Source: Planctomycetaceae bacterium (GTDB lineage: Bacteria > Planctomycetota > Planctomycetia > Pirellulales > UBA1268). Taken from it: a stretch of 64,000 nt of DNA. Within the stretch, counting starts at the first letter, position 1. Each line of letters begins with the position of its first letter. A program made the translations under genes and the position numbers. Of this stretch, positions 53,545-62,578 are shown in pieces. Under the pieces are notes generated by a model. The model was not told the origin of the DNA and ran no database searches. It was given only the letters and a program-made list of their open reading frames with translations. The stretch covers positions 11,381-75,380 of the forward strand of contig CANGGT010000001.1 in NCBI GenBank assembly GCA_947453375.1, in the 5' to 3' direction.

Positions 53545-54248
53545 CGAGAGAGGATCTCCCCCCTTTGGACGTCACCGCCGCCTGGCTCACGTTTTCGCTC
53601 GCCACCACGACGACGCTCCTCCTCGCCGCCGTCGGCCTGCCGCTGGCCTGGTGGCTCGCCGCGCCGCACCGCCGCGGCACCGGCCTCCGCGGCCTCGTCG
53701 AGGCGGTCTGCACGCTGCCGCTGGTGCTCCCGCCGACCGTGGCCGGTTTCTTTCTCCTCGTGGCCACCGCCCCGCAGAGCGTCCTCGGCCGACTCTGGGG
53801 GGGGCTCACCGGGGGCACGCTCCCGTTCACGTTCAGCGGCATCCTCCTCGCCGCGGTGCTCATGAATCTCCCCTATGCGATCGGGCCGTTCACGACGGCC
53901 TTCGCCGCGCTCGACCGCCGGCTCATCGAAGCCTCCTGGTGCCTGGGGGAGTCGCGCCTCGCGACGATGCTCCGCGTCGTCCTTCCCGCCTGCTGGCCGG
54001 GCATCGTCACCGGCCTGGTGATGACCTTCGCCCACGTCGTCGGGGAGTTCGGCGTCGTCCTCATGATCGGTGGCAACATCCCCGGTGTCACCCGCACCCT
54101 CTCGGTGGCGCTCTACGACGACGTCCAGGCGCTCGATCATGCCTCGGCGGCACGGACGGCCGCGGTGCTTGTCGCCGTGGCACTTGTGACGCTGGTCACC
54201 GTGCAACGGCTCGCGCGGCGGCCGGCGGAGAAGGGGACGGGCCAATGA
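53541..54248 (+). CDS. modB: Molybdate ABC transporter permease
   Basis: 235-aa track ORF with a GTGA overlap with modA. It has five to six hydrophobic spans and an EAA-like loop (IEASWCLGESRLATMLRVVLP). Confidence 0.9.
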   Translation: MTREDLPPLDVTAAWLTFSLATTTTLLLAAVGLPLAWWLAAPHRRGTGLRGLVEAVCTLPLVLPPTVAGFFLLVATAPQSVLGRLWGGLTGGTLPFTFSGILLAAVLMNLPYAIGPFTTAFAALDRRLIEASWCLGESRLATMLRVVLPACWPGIVTGLVMTFAHVVGEFGVVLMIGGNIPGVTRTLSVALYDDVQALDHASAARTAAVLVAVALVTLVTVQRLARRPAEKGTGQ

Positions 54249-55378
54249 GCCAGCCCGGACAGAGGCTCGTTGCCTCCTTCACCGTCCGCCATCGCTCCGG
54301 CACGACGATCGACGGCCACGTCGAGACCGGCGGCGGCGTCGTCGTCCTCTACGGCCCTTCGGGGTGCGGCAAGACGACGGTCCTCCGGGCGCTCGCTGGC
54401 CTCGACCGGCCGACGACGGGGAGGATCGCATTCGACGGCGTCCCGTGGTTCGACGCCGAGCGGGGCATCGATCTGCCGCCGCAGTCGCGCGATATCGGGA
54501 TGCTCGGCCAAGATCTCTCCCTCTTCCCCTGGCTCGACGTTGCCGGAAACGTCAGCTACGCCCTCCGTCGCCTCCCCACGGCGGAGCGTGCCGAGCGCGT
54601 CTCCGTGGCCCTCCGCCGCTTCGATCTCGACAGCCTCGCGCGGCGAATGCCGGCGACGCTCTCCGGCGGCCAGCAGCAGCGCGTGGCGCTGGCACGGGCG
54701 CTCGTGCGCCAGCCACAGCTCCTCCTCCTCGACGAGCCGCTCTCGGCGCTCGACGCGCCCCTTCGCGCTCGCTTGAGGCCGGGACTGCGGCGCTGGCTTG
54801 TCGAGACAGGGCTGCCGGTCGTCCTCGTCACCCACGACCACACCGAGGCCCTGGCGCTCGGCGACGGAATCGTCGTCATGGAGGAGGGGAGGGTGCTCCA
54901 GACCGGCACGGTCGCCGAGGTCTTCAGCAGGCCAGCCGATGCGCGCGTGGCGCGGATCGTCGGCACCGAATCAATCCTCTGCGGCGAGGTGATCGCGGTC
55001 GAAGGGGGGCTGGCGACGGTCGATGTCGCCGGCGTGCGGCTCACCGCCGTGGCGCTGCCCGACGACTGCCGGCTCGTCCATGTCTGCCTCCGCGCCGAAG
55101 AGGTGGTCCTTCTGCGGCACGCCGACGGGGGCTTGAGCGCCCGCAACCGCTTCCCCGCCACGGTGCGGTTCGTGGTCCCCGAGGGGCCGCTTGTCCGCGT
55201 CGGCCTCGATGCCGGCTTCGAACTCACGGCGCTGGTCACCAGGGCTGCCGCCGAGGAGCTTGCGCTCCTCCCGGGTGAGCGCGTGCTGGCGGCGGTGAAG
55301 GTGCCGGCCGTCCATCTCGTGCCAAGGGAGGGCCTTCCGCCCCGCCCGTTCGCTGTTTCAACGACGATCCCCCGGTGA
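54245..55378 (+). CDS. modC: Molybdate ABC transporter ATP-binding protein
   Basis: Start at ATG 54245 (ATGA overlap with modB) within track ORF 53297..55378. Motifs: GPSGCGKTT, LSGGQQQRVALARAL, LLLLDEP. It has a C-terminal Mop/TOBE-like half. Confidence 0.9.
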   Translation: MSQPGQRLVASFTVRHRSGTTIDGHVETGGGVVVLYGPSGCGKTTVLRALAGLDRPTTGRIAFDGVPWFDAERGIDLPPQSRDIGMLGQDLSLFPWLDVAGNVSYALRRLPTAERAERVSVALRRFDLDSLARRMPATLSGGQQQRVALARALVRQPQLLLLDEPLSALDAPLRARLRPGLRRWLVETGLPVVLVTHDHTEALALGDGIVVMEEGRVLQTGTVAEVFSRPADARVARIVGTESILCGEVIAVEGGLATVDVAGVRLTAVALPDDCRLVHVCLRAEEVVLLRHADGGLSARNRFPATVRFVVPEGPLVRVGLDAGFELTALVTRAAAEELALLPGERVLAAVKVPAVHLVPREGLPPRPFAVSTTIPR

Positions 55379-55475
55379 CTATCATGGGTGATTCCAGCGC
55401 CGTCCGGGTGGAGCCGTGCGCTGACCGTTTCCGGCCTGTCCGTCGCAAGTGTCACCCCCGTCGCGAGTGCCTTCC

Positions 55476-58400
55476 ATGCCATTCCGTCCTGCTGCCGCGT
55501 GCCTCCTCGGCTCGCTCCTCATGCTCCCCGGCTTCGGTCTTCGCGTTGGCGCCGCCGCCGAGCGCTGGGAGCAGCTTCCCGAGAAGCAGCCCGCCGGCGG
55601 CGCCGCCGCCGAGGTGCCCGCGGTGACCAAGGGGCTCGCCGACTGGATCTGGGGCCCGAGCGACGACGGTGACTACCGGCTCTCCAAGTCGTTTGCCGGC
55701 GGGGCCAAGAAGGGAATCCTCACCGCCACGGCCGACAATCGGATGACGCTCCTCCTCAACGGCAAAGAGATCGCCAAGGGCGAATCCTGGGAAAACCCCG
55801 TCGCCGTCGACCTCACACAAGATCTGAAGGCCGGCGACAACGAACTGGTCGCCATCGTCGGCAATGAAGGGGGCCCGGCCGGATTCTCCTGCCGGCTCGT
55901 CCTCACCGCCGCCGACGGCAGCGAGCGGGTGATCTCGAGCGACTCCTCCTGGAAGGGCGCGCCGGCCGGCAAGCCGACCGAGGCGGTCGCCGTCCGCGTC
56001 GTCGCCAAGGCCGGGGAAGGCCCGTGGAGGGACGCCCTCGCCGGCCAGGCCCGGGCCGCTACGGCGCAGCCCTTCAATCTCCTCCCCGGCTTCCAAGTTG
56101 AAAAGCTGTTCACCGTGCCTCAAGACGTGCTCGGCTCGTGGGTCTGCCTCACGACCGATCCGAAGGGTCGGCTGATCGCCAGCGACCAAGGCGACAAGGG
56201 GCTCGTGCGGATCACGCCAGCGCCCCTCGACGGCTCGAAGCCGACGGTCGTCGAGAAGATCCCGGTCGCGCTGTCGGGTGCCCAGGGGCTCCTGTGGGCG
56301 TTCGACGCCCTCTACGTCGTCTGCAACGGCGGCCCGGGGAGCGGCCTCTACCGCGCCACCGATTCCAACGGCGACGACATCCTCGATCATGTCGAGAAGC
56401 TCCGCACGTTCGAAGGGGGCGGGGAGCATGGGCCCCATGCCATCCGTCTCTCCCCCGATGGCAAGAAGCTGTTCATCATCTGCGGCAACCACACCCTCCC
56501 GCCGTTTGCGGTGAAGAACATCACCGAGCCGCAGACGCTCGGTGGCATCCGCCCCAATCAGCGCCGTGTCGAGCTTCCCCCGGAGGCGTCGAGCCGCCTG
56601 CCCGCCAACTGGGACGAAGATCTCCTCATCACGCGTCTCTGGGACGCCGGGGGCCATGCCGTCGGGATCCTCGCGCCGGGCGGCTATGTCGTCAGCACCG
56701 ATCCCGATGGCAAATCGTGGGAAATCTGGACCGGCGGCTACCGCAATCCCTACGACTTCGCCTTCAACGCTGACGGCGAGATGTTCGTCTACGACGCCGA
56801 CATGGAGTGGGACTTCGGTTCGCCGTGGTATCGACCGACGCGTGTCAACCATGCCACGAGCGGCAGCGAACTCGGCTGGCGTTCCGGTGCCGGCAAGTGG
56901 TCGCCGGCGCTTCCCGACAGCCTCCCGGCGCTCGTCGACATCGGCCCCGGCTCGCCGGTCGGCGCCTCCTTCGGCTACGGCGCGAAGTTCCCCGCCAAAT
57001 ATCAAAAAGCGTTCTTCATCTGCGACTGGACGTTCGGGACGATGTACGCGATCCACCTCACGCCCGACGGCTCGACCTACAAAGGCGAGAAGGAGGAGTT
57101 CGTCTCGCGGACGCCGCTCCCGCTCACCGACATGACGATCGGCCAGGATGGGGCCGTCTACTTCACCGTCGGTGGCCGTGGCGGCCAAGGTGAGCTCTAC
57201 CGGGTGACCTACGTCGGCAAGGAATCGACCGCCCCGGTCGATGCCAAGTCGACCGCCGGAGCCGAGAGCCGCAAGGCTCGCCAGGCGCTCGAGGCATTTC
57301 ACGTGAAGGGGGCCGACACGAAGGCGGCCGTCGCCGCGGCGCTCCCGCAGCTTGCCAATCCCGACCGCTTCATCCGCTACGCCGCCAGGATCGCGCTCGA
57401 GCACCAGCCGCTCGAGGCCTGGACTGCCCAGGCGTTCTCGATCTCCAATCCGCTCGCCCGGATCCACGCGGCGATCGCCGTCGCCCGCCAGGGGGAGCCG
57501 GCGATGCAGCCGGTGGTGCTATCCACCCTCGATGGCGTCGACCTGACCAAGCTCGATACCGCCGGGAAGATCGATCTCGTCCGCGCCTATCAGCTCGCGA
57601 TGATCCGGCTTGGCGACCCGTCGGCGGAGGCGAAGGAGAAGATCGCCGCCAAGCTCGCGCCGCTGTTTCCCTCGGGATCCTTCGATCTCGACCGCGAGCT
57701 CTCGAGCCTGCTTGTTGCCGTTCGTGCCCCGGGGATCGTGACACAACTCGTCGGCCTCATGGCCGAGCCGTCGAAGTCGGCCGGCGCCACCAACCTCGCC
57801 CCCAACGAAGAGGAGCTGCGGCAGCTGATCACGCGGAATGCCGGCTACGGCAGCTCCGTTCGCGACGCCCTCGAGAAGCGCAGCGATCTCCTCCAGGTCC
57901 ACTTCGCGTATGTCCTCCGGACAGTCAACGAGAAAAATGCCTGGACGCTCGACGACCGCAAGGGCTACCACGGCTGGTTCAACCGTGCCCAGCAATGGGC
58001 CGGCGGCGCGAGTTTCCGGAAGTTCCTCGTCAACATCGAGAACGACAGCCTCGTCGGCCTCTCGGAGAACGACAAGCTCGCCCTCGAGACGATCGGCGCC
58101 CGCAAGGCCTACGTGCCGCCGCAACTGCCGAAGCCGGTTGGGCCGGGGAAGGCCTGGTCGGTCGATGATGTCCTTGCATCGGCCGAGAAGGGGCTGGCCA
58201 CGGGGCGAGACTTCGAGGGGGGCAAGCGCACCTTTGCGGCGGCGCGGTGCGTCGTCTGCCACCGCTTCGGCGACGACGGCGGCTCGACCGGCCCCGATCT
58301 CACCCAGGCCGGCGGCCGCTTCCAGCTCAAGGACATGATCGAAGCGATGGTGGTTCCGAGCAAGGTGATCTCCGACCAATACAAGGGGAGCATCGTCACG

Positions 58401-58652
58401 ACCCAGGGGGGGAAGGCCCACACCGGCCGGATCGTGTACGAGTCGCCGGAGAAGGTCGTCGTCGTCACCGATCCGGAAGACGCGACGAAGTTCGTCGAGA
58501 TCCCCCGCGCGGACATCGACGAGATCATTCCGGCGGCGGAGTCGCTGATGCCCAAGGGGCTCCTCGACACCCTCAATGAGGCGGAGGTCCTCGATCTCCT
58601 CGCCTACACGCTCTCGCGAGGAAACCAAAGCGATGCCCGGTTCAAGAAGTAA
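55476..58652 (+). CDS. PVC-type heme-binding (CxxCH) protein with dehydrogenase-like beta-propeller and HEAT-like regions
   Basis: Track ORF 55449..58652; start preferred at ATG 55476, which gives the signal peptide MPFRPAAACLLGSLLMLPGFG. It has the cytochrome c motif ARCVVCHRFGDDGGSTGPDL near the C-terminus and GGYRNPYDFAFN in the propeller-like part. Confidence 0.85.
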   Translation: MPFRPAAACLLGSLLMLPGFGLRVGAAAERWEQLPEKQPAGGAAAEVPAVTKGLADWIWGPSDDGDYRLSKSFAGGAKKGILTATADNRMTLLLNGKEIAKGESWENPVAVDLTQDLKAGDNELVAIVGNEGGPAGFSCRLVLTAADGSERVISSDSSWKGAPAGKPTEAVAVRVVAKAGEGPWRDALAGQARAATAQPFNLLPGFQVEKLFTVPQDVLGSWVCLTTDPKGRLIASDQGDKGLVRITPAPLDGSKPTVVEKIPVALSGAQGLLWAFDALYVVCNGGPGSGLYRATDSNGDDILDHVEKLRTFEGGGEHGPHAIRLSPDGKKLFIICGNHTLPPFAVKNITEPQTLGGIRPNQRRVELPPEASSRLPANWDEDLLITRLWDAGGHAVGILAPGGYVVSTDPDGKSWEIWTGGYRNPYDFAFNADGEMFVYDADMEWDFGSPWYRPTRVNHATSGSELGWRSGAGKWSPALPDSLPALVDIGPGSPVGASFGYGAKFPAKYQKAFFICDWTFGTMYAIHLTPDGSTYKGEKEEFVSRTPLPLTDMTIGQDGAVYFTVGGRGGQGELYRVTYVGKESTAPVDAKSTAGAESRKARQALEAFHVKGADTKAAVAAALPQLANPDRFIRYAARIALEHQPLEAWTAQAFSISNPLARIHAAIAVARQGEPAMQPVVLSTLDGVDLTKLDTAGKIDLVRAYQLAMIRLGDPSAEAKEKIAAKLAPLFPSGSFDLDRELSSLLVAVRAPGIVTQLVGLMAEPSKSAGATNLAPNEEELRQLITRNAGYGSSVRDALEKRSDLLQVHFAYVLRTVNEKNAWTLDDRKGYHGWFNRAQQWAGGASFRKFLVNIENDSLVGLSENDKLALETIGARKAYVPPQLPKPVGPGKAWSVDDVLASAEKGLATGRDFEGGKRTFAAARCVVCHRFGDDGGSTGPDLTQAGGRFQLKDMIEAMVVPSKVISDQYKGSIVTTQGGKAHTGRIVYESPEKVVVVTDPEDATKFVEIPRADIDEIIPAAESLMPKGLLDTLNEAEVLDLLAYTLSRGNQSDARFKK

Positions 58653-61059
58653 GTCAGCCGCGGCAGCGATCGTCGGGGCCCTCGTGGCGTTTGCCACGGG
58701 ATCTGTCGCCGCGGTCGACTTCTCCCACGAGGTCGTGCCGATTCTCCGGGCCAAGTGTGGCAAATGCCACACGGGCTCGCAGCGGCAGGGGGGCTTCTCG
58801 CTCAACGACCGGGAGGCGATCCTCGCCGGTGGTGATTCGGGCACGCCGGGCCTCGTGGCCGGCGATGCCTCCGGGAGCGAACTGATCCGCCGGATCACCA
58901 GCACCGATCCCGACCTCCGCATGCCGAGCGAGGGGGAGGCACTGCCAGCCGAGGCGGTCGCGATCCTCACCCGCTGGGTCGAGGCGAAGGCGCCGTGGGA
59001 GGATGGATTTTCGTTTGCTGGGAACACCTACGAAGCCCCCTTGAAGCTTCGTCAGGTGGAATTGCCACCCCCCCACGACGGCCGTCTCCATCCGGTCGAT
59101 CGGCTCGTCGATGCCTACCAGGAAGCGAAGGGGGTGCCGCCGCCGCCGCGCTGCGATGACGCCACGTTCCTCCGCCGCGTGAGCCTCGATCTCGTCGGCC
59201 TCCTTCCATCCCCAGAGGCTGTCGACGCTTTCTGCGCCGACGCAGATCCCGGCAAGCGACAGCGAAAGATCAAGGAGCTCCTCGACGACGATCTCGCTCG
59301 CGCCGAGCACTGGATGACGTTCTGGAACGATCTGTTGCGCAACGACTACACCGGCACCGGCTTCATCACCGGTGGCCGCAAGCAGATCACCCCCTGGCTC
59401 CACCGCGCCCTCGTCGACAACATTCCCTACGACCGGTTTGTCCGCGAGCTCGTGGCCCCGTCCGACGCCTCTCGTGGCTTCATCGACGGGATCGTGTGGC
59501 GCGGCGAGGTCAATTCGAGCCAGACGGTGCCGATCCAGTTCGCGCAAAACGTCGGGCAGACATTCCTGGGGATCAATCTCAAGTGCGCGAGCTGCCACGA
59601 CAGCTTCGTCGACCGCTGGAAGCTCCAAGAGACCTACGATCTCGCGGCGGTGATGGCCCCTGACACCCTCGAGCTCTTCCGCTGCGACAAGGCGACCGGT
59701 GCGTTCGCCTCCCCCGGCTGGCCATTCAAGGAGCTCGGGGCGATCGACGGCACCAAGCCGCCGGCCGAGCGGCTCGAGCAGCTCGCACGCCTCATGACCG
59801 ACCCGGGCAACGGCTGGCTGTCGCGGAATCTCGTCAATCGGATCTGGGCGAAGCTCATGGGTCGCGGGCTCGTCCATCCGGTCGACGCCCTACGGACGAG
59901 GCCGTGGAACGAAGACCTCCTCGACTGGCTCGCCGCCGACTTCGTCGCCTCGGGCTACGACACCAAGCACCTCCTTTGGACCATCTGCTCCTCCGAGGCT
60001 TATGGGGCCGCGACCCCGAGCGTCGAGGGGCAGCCGCAGGGAAGCGACTACGTCTTCCACGGGCCGCTGCCGCGGCGGATGACCGCCGAGCAGTTCACCG
60101 ACGCGCTCTGGCAACTCACCGGCGCAGCTCCTGCCAAGCCCGATGCCGACGTGCAGCGCGTCCGGGCCGATCCGGGAGCGCCGCGGCCGCTTCCGCCGCG
60201 CGCGAAGTGGATCTGGAACAACCAAGCCGCCGCCTCGCCCCCCGGCGAGAGGCTCGCCTTCCGGGCCCGCATCAATCTCCTCGATCCAGTGACCCACGCC
60301 GTCGCCGTCGCCACCGCCGACAACGAAGTGACGATGTGGATCAACGGCACGAAGGTCGGCCATTCGGCCGACTGGGGAAAGCCGTTCGCCGAGCCGGTCG
60401 GCGGGGCTTTGAAGCGGGGCGGCAACGAGGTCCTCGTCGTCGCCGCCAACGCCGATGCCGGTGGTCCGGCGGCGCTCAAAGCCGAGGTCCGTGCGATCCT
60501 CGCCAACGGCGTCACCTGGATCGCTTCCGATGACTCCTGGGAATGGACGGCAACGCTTCCCGACGGCGAAGGAAAATGGCCCGGTGGCCAGGAGCCTGCC
60601 GACTGGCAAAGGGCGAGCGTCGTGGAAAACCAGGCCACCTGGGCCCCGAGCGACGCGGCTTTTGCCGACGGTGTGAGGGGTGCCTCCGGCCCCCAGCCGA
60701 TGGTCCGGGCCGTCCTCGTGAAGTGCACGCCGCTGATGGCCTCTCTCGGCCGGCCGAACCGCGATCAGGTCGTGACGTCGCGCCCCACCGACCTCACCAC
60801 CCTCGAAGCGATCCAACTCGCCAACGAGCAGGCCCTCTTCGAGACCTTTTCCGTCGGGGGGAGGCGGTGGCTCGCCGAGCATGGGAATGATCCCGGGGCC
60901 CTTGTCGGGACGATCTTCAAGTCGGCCTTGGGGCGGCTCCCGACGCCCGCCGAGGCGACGGCCGTCCGCGAAATCCTCGGGGATTCTCCCACCGAATCGT
61001 CGGTCGCCGACTGCCTCTGGGCGGTCGTCATGCTCCCTGAGTTTCAGCTCGTTCGATAA
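58633..61059 (+). CDS. PSCyt (Planctomycete cytochrome c) / DUF1549 / DUF1553 (PSD) protein
   Basis: Start at ATG 58633 within track ORF 58576..61059, with a 20-nt overlap with the upstream gene. Motifs: CGKCHTG (CxxCH), LRRVSLDLVGLLPSPEAVDAF, LKCASCHDSFVDRW, and the C-terminal MLPEFQLVR. Confidence 0.9.
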   Translation: MPGSRSKSAAAAIVGALVAFATGSVAAVDFSHEVVPILRAKCGKCHTGSQRQGGFSLNDREAILAGGDSGTPGLVAGDASGSELIRRITSTDPDLRMPSEGEALPAEAVAILTRWVEAKAPWEDGFSFAGNTYEAPLKLRQVELPPPHDGRLHPVDRLVDAYQEAKGVPPPPRCDDATFLRRVSLDLVGLLPSPEAVDAFCADADPGKRQRKIKELLDDDLARAEHWMTFWNDLLRNDYTGTGFITGGRKQITPWLHRALVDNIPYDRFVRELVAPSDASRGFIDGIVWRGEVNSSQTVPIQFAQNVGQTFLGINLKCASCHDSFVDRWKLQETYDLAAVMAPDTLELFRCDKATGAFASPGWPFKELGAIDGTKPPAERLEQLARLMTDPGNGWLSRNLVNRIWAKLMGRGLVHPVDALRTRPWNEDLLDWLAADFVASGYDTKHLLWTICSSEAYGAATPSVEGQPQGSDYVFHGPLPRRMTAEQFTDALWQLTGAAPAKPDADVQRVRADPGAPRPLPPRAKWIWNNQAAASPPGERLAFRARINLLDPVTHAVAVATADNEVTMWINGTKVGHSADWGKPFAEPVGGALKRGGNEVLVVAANADAGGPAALKAEVRAILANGVTWIASDDSWEWTATLPDGEGKWPGGQEPADWQRASVVENQATWAPSDAAFADGVRGASGPQPMVRAVLVKCTPLMASLGRPNRDQVVTSRPTDLTTLEAIQLANEQALFETFSVGGRRWLAEHGNDPGALVGTIFKSALGRLPTPAEATAVREILGDSPTESSVADCLWAVVMLPEFQLVR

Positions 61060-61090
61060 GCCTCGGTTTTCCCGTCAGGAGCTCATTCCG

Positions 61091-62527
61091 ATGCGATCCC
61101 GCCACAGCCGAGAAGCACGCCGCGACTTCTTGAAAAGCCTCTCGGCCGCGGCGACGGCCACGCTCGCCCTTCCGCAGCCGCGGCTCCTCGCCGATGCGGC
61201 GATCGAGCATCCCGGCGCGACCGCCGACGCGATCATCGTCCTGTGGATGGCCGGCGGGATGGCCGCCCCCGACAACCTCGACCCGAAGAAATACAAGCCG
61301 TTTGAGAAGGGGCTCGCGGTCGCCGACTGCATCAGCACCTTCCCGGCGATTCCCACCGCGATCGACGGCGTGCAGATCTGCGAGGGGCTCGAGGGGGTCG
61401 CGAGTGTCCTCGATCGCGGCACGCTCATCCGCTCGCACGTGCAGCCCGATCTCGGAAGCATTCTCCACTCGCGCCATCAGTATCACTGGCACACCGGCTA
61501 CGTCCCTCCGCAGACGGTCGCCTGCCCGCACATCGGTGCCTGGATGGCGCGCGTCCTCGGGCCGCGCAATCCCACCATGCCGGCCTTTATCAACATTGGC
61601 CAGCGGCTCGAGGGGATCGGTGAGAACGAGGAGATCAAGGCCTTCACCACCCCCGGCTTCTTCGGAAGCGAGTTCGGCCCGATGAATCTCCCCTTCCCCG
61701 AGGAGGCGGCGCTCGCCGTCCGGCCGCCGAAGGGGATGGAGCCGGGGCGTTTCGCCGATCGCTACAAGCACTTCAAGAAGCTCGTCGCCGCGAACCCGGG
61801 AAGTGAGTTCACGAGCGACTACCACCAGGAGTCGATGCTGCGGAGCCTGGAGAACGCCCACCGCCTTCTTTCGGCCAAGGAGCGCGAGGCCTTCGACATC
61901 GCCCTCGAGCCGAAGGAGGTCGTCGAGCAGTACGACACCGGCCGGTTCGGCCGCGGCTGCCTCCTCGCCCGCCGGCTCGTCGAGAACGGCGCTCGGTATG
62001 TCGAGGTGACGACCGAATACATCCCCTTCGTCCACTGGGACACCCACGAACGCGGCCACGAGACGGTCGACAGGATGCACAAGGAGATCGACCGCCCCAT
62101 CGCCACGCTGATCCGCGATCTCGAGGCCCGCGGGCTCCTCGACCGGACGCTCGTCGTCATCGCCAGCGAGTTCAGCCGCGACATGATCACCGAGGGGCGG
62201 CCCGGCTCGAAGGCCACCGATCAGGCCAGCTCCCCGAAGGATTTCCTCCTCGAACCGAATCACTACGGCCAGCACCGCCACTTCACCGGCGGCTCGACGG
62301 TGGCCCTCTTCGGCGGCGGCGTGAAGAAGGGTTTTGTGTATGGCAAGACGGCCGACGAGCGCCCCTGCCTCGCCGTGGAGAATCCCGTCACGATCACCGA
62401 TCTCCATGCCACGCTGTTCACGGCGATGGGGATGAGCCCGAAGACGGTGTTCGACATCGAGGGAAGGCCGTTCTACGCCACCGAGGATGGCAAGGGGCGC
62501 GCCGTCGAGGCGGTCTTCGGCGCGTAA
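61091..62527 (+). CDS. DUF1501 (sulfatase-fold-like) protein with a Tat signal
   Basis: Start at ATG 61091 (AGGAG at 61077-61081) within track ORF 60881..62527. It has the twin-arginine signal SREARRDFLKSLSAAATA, plus FVHWDTHE, VVIASEFSR and ITDLHATLF. Confidence 0.9.
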   Translation: MRSRHSREARRDFLKSLSAAATATLALPQPRLLADAAIEHPGATADAIIVLWMAGGMAAPDNLDPKKYKPFEKGLAVADCISTFPAIPTAIDGVQICEGLEGVASVLDRGTLIRSHVQPDLGSILHSRHQYHWHTGYVPPQTVACPHIGAWMARVLGPRNPTMPAFINIGQRLEGIGENEEIKAFTTPGFFGSEFGPMNLPFPEEAALAVRPPKGMEPGRFADRYKHFKKLVAANPGSEFTSDYHQESMLRSLENAHRLLSAKEREAFDIALEPKEVVEQYDTGRFGRGCLLARRLVENGARYVEVTTEYIPFVHWDTHERGHETVDRMHKEIDRPIATLIRDLEARGLLDRTLVVIASEFSRDMITEGRPGSKATDQASSPKDFLLEPNHYGQHRHFTGGSTVALFGGGVKKGFVYGKTADERPCLAVENPVTITDLHATLFTAMGMSPKTVFDIEGRPFYATEDGKGRAVEAVFGA

Positions 62528-62578
62528 GATGGTCTGCGGGCCCCGCCGACCGGCGCCTCCCCTGCTGCGACCTCACCG

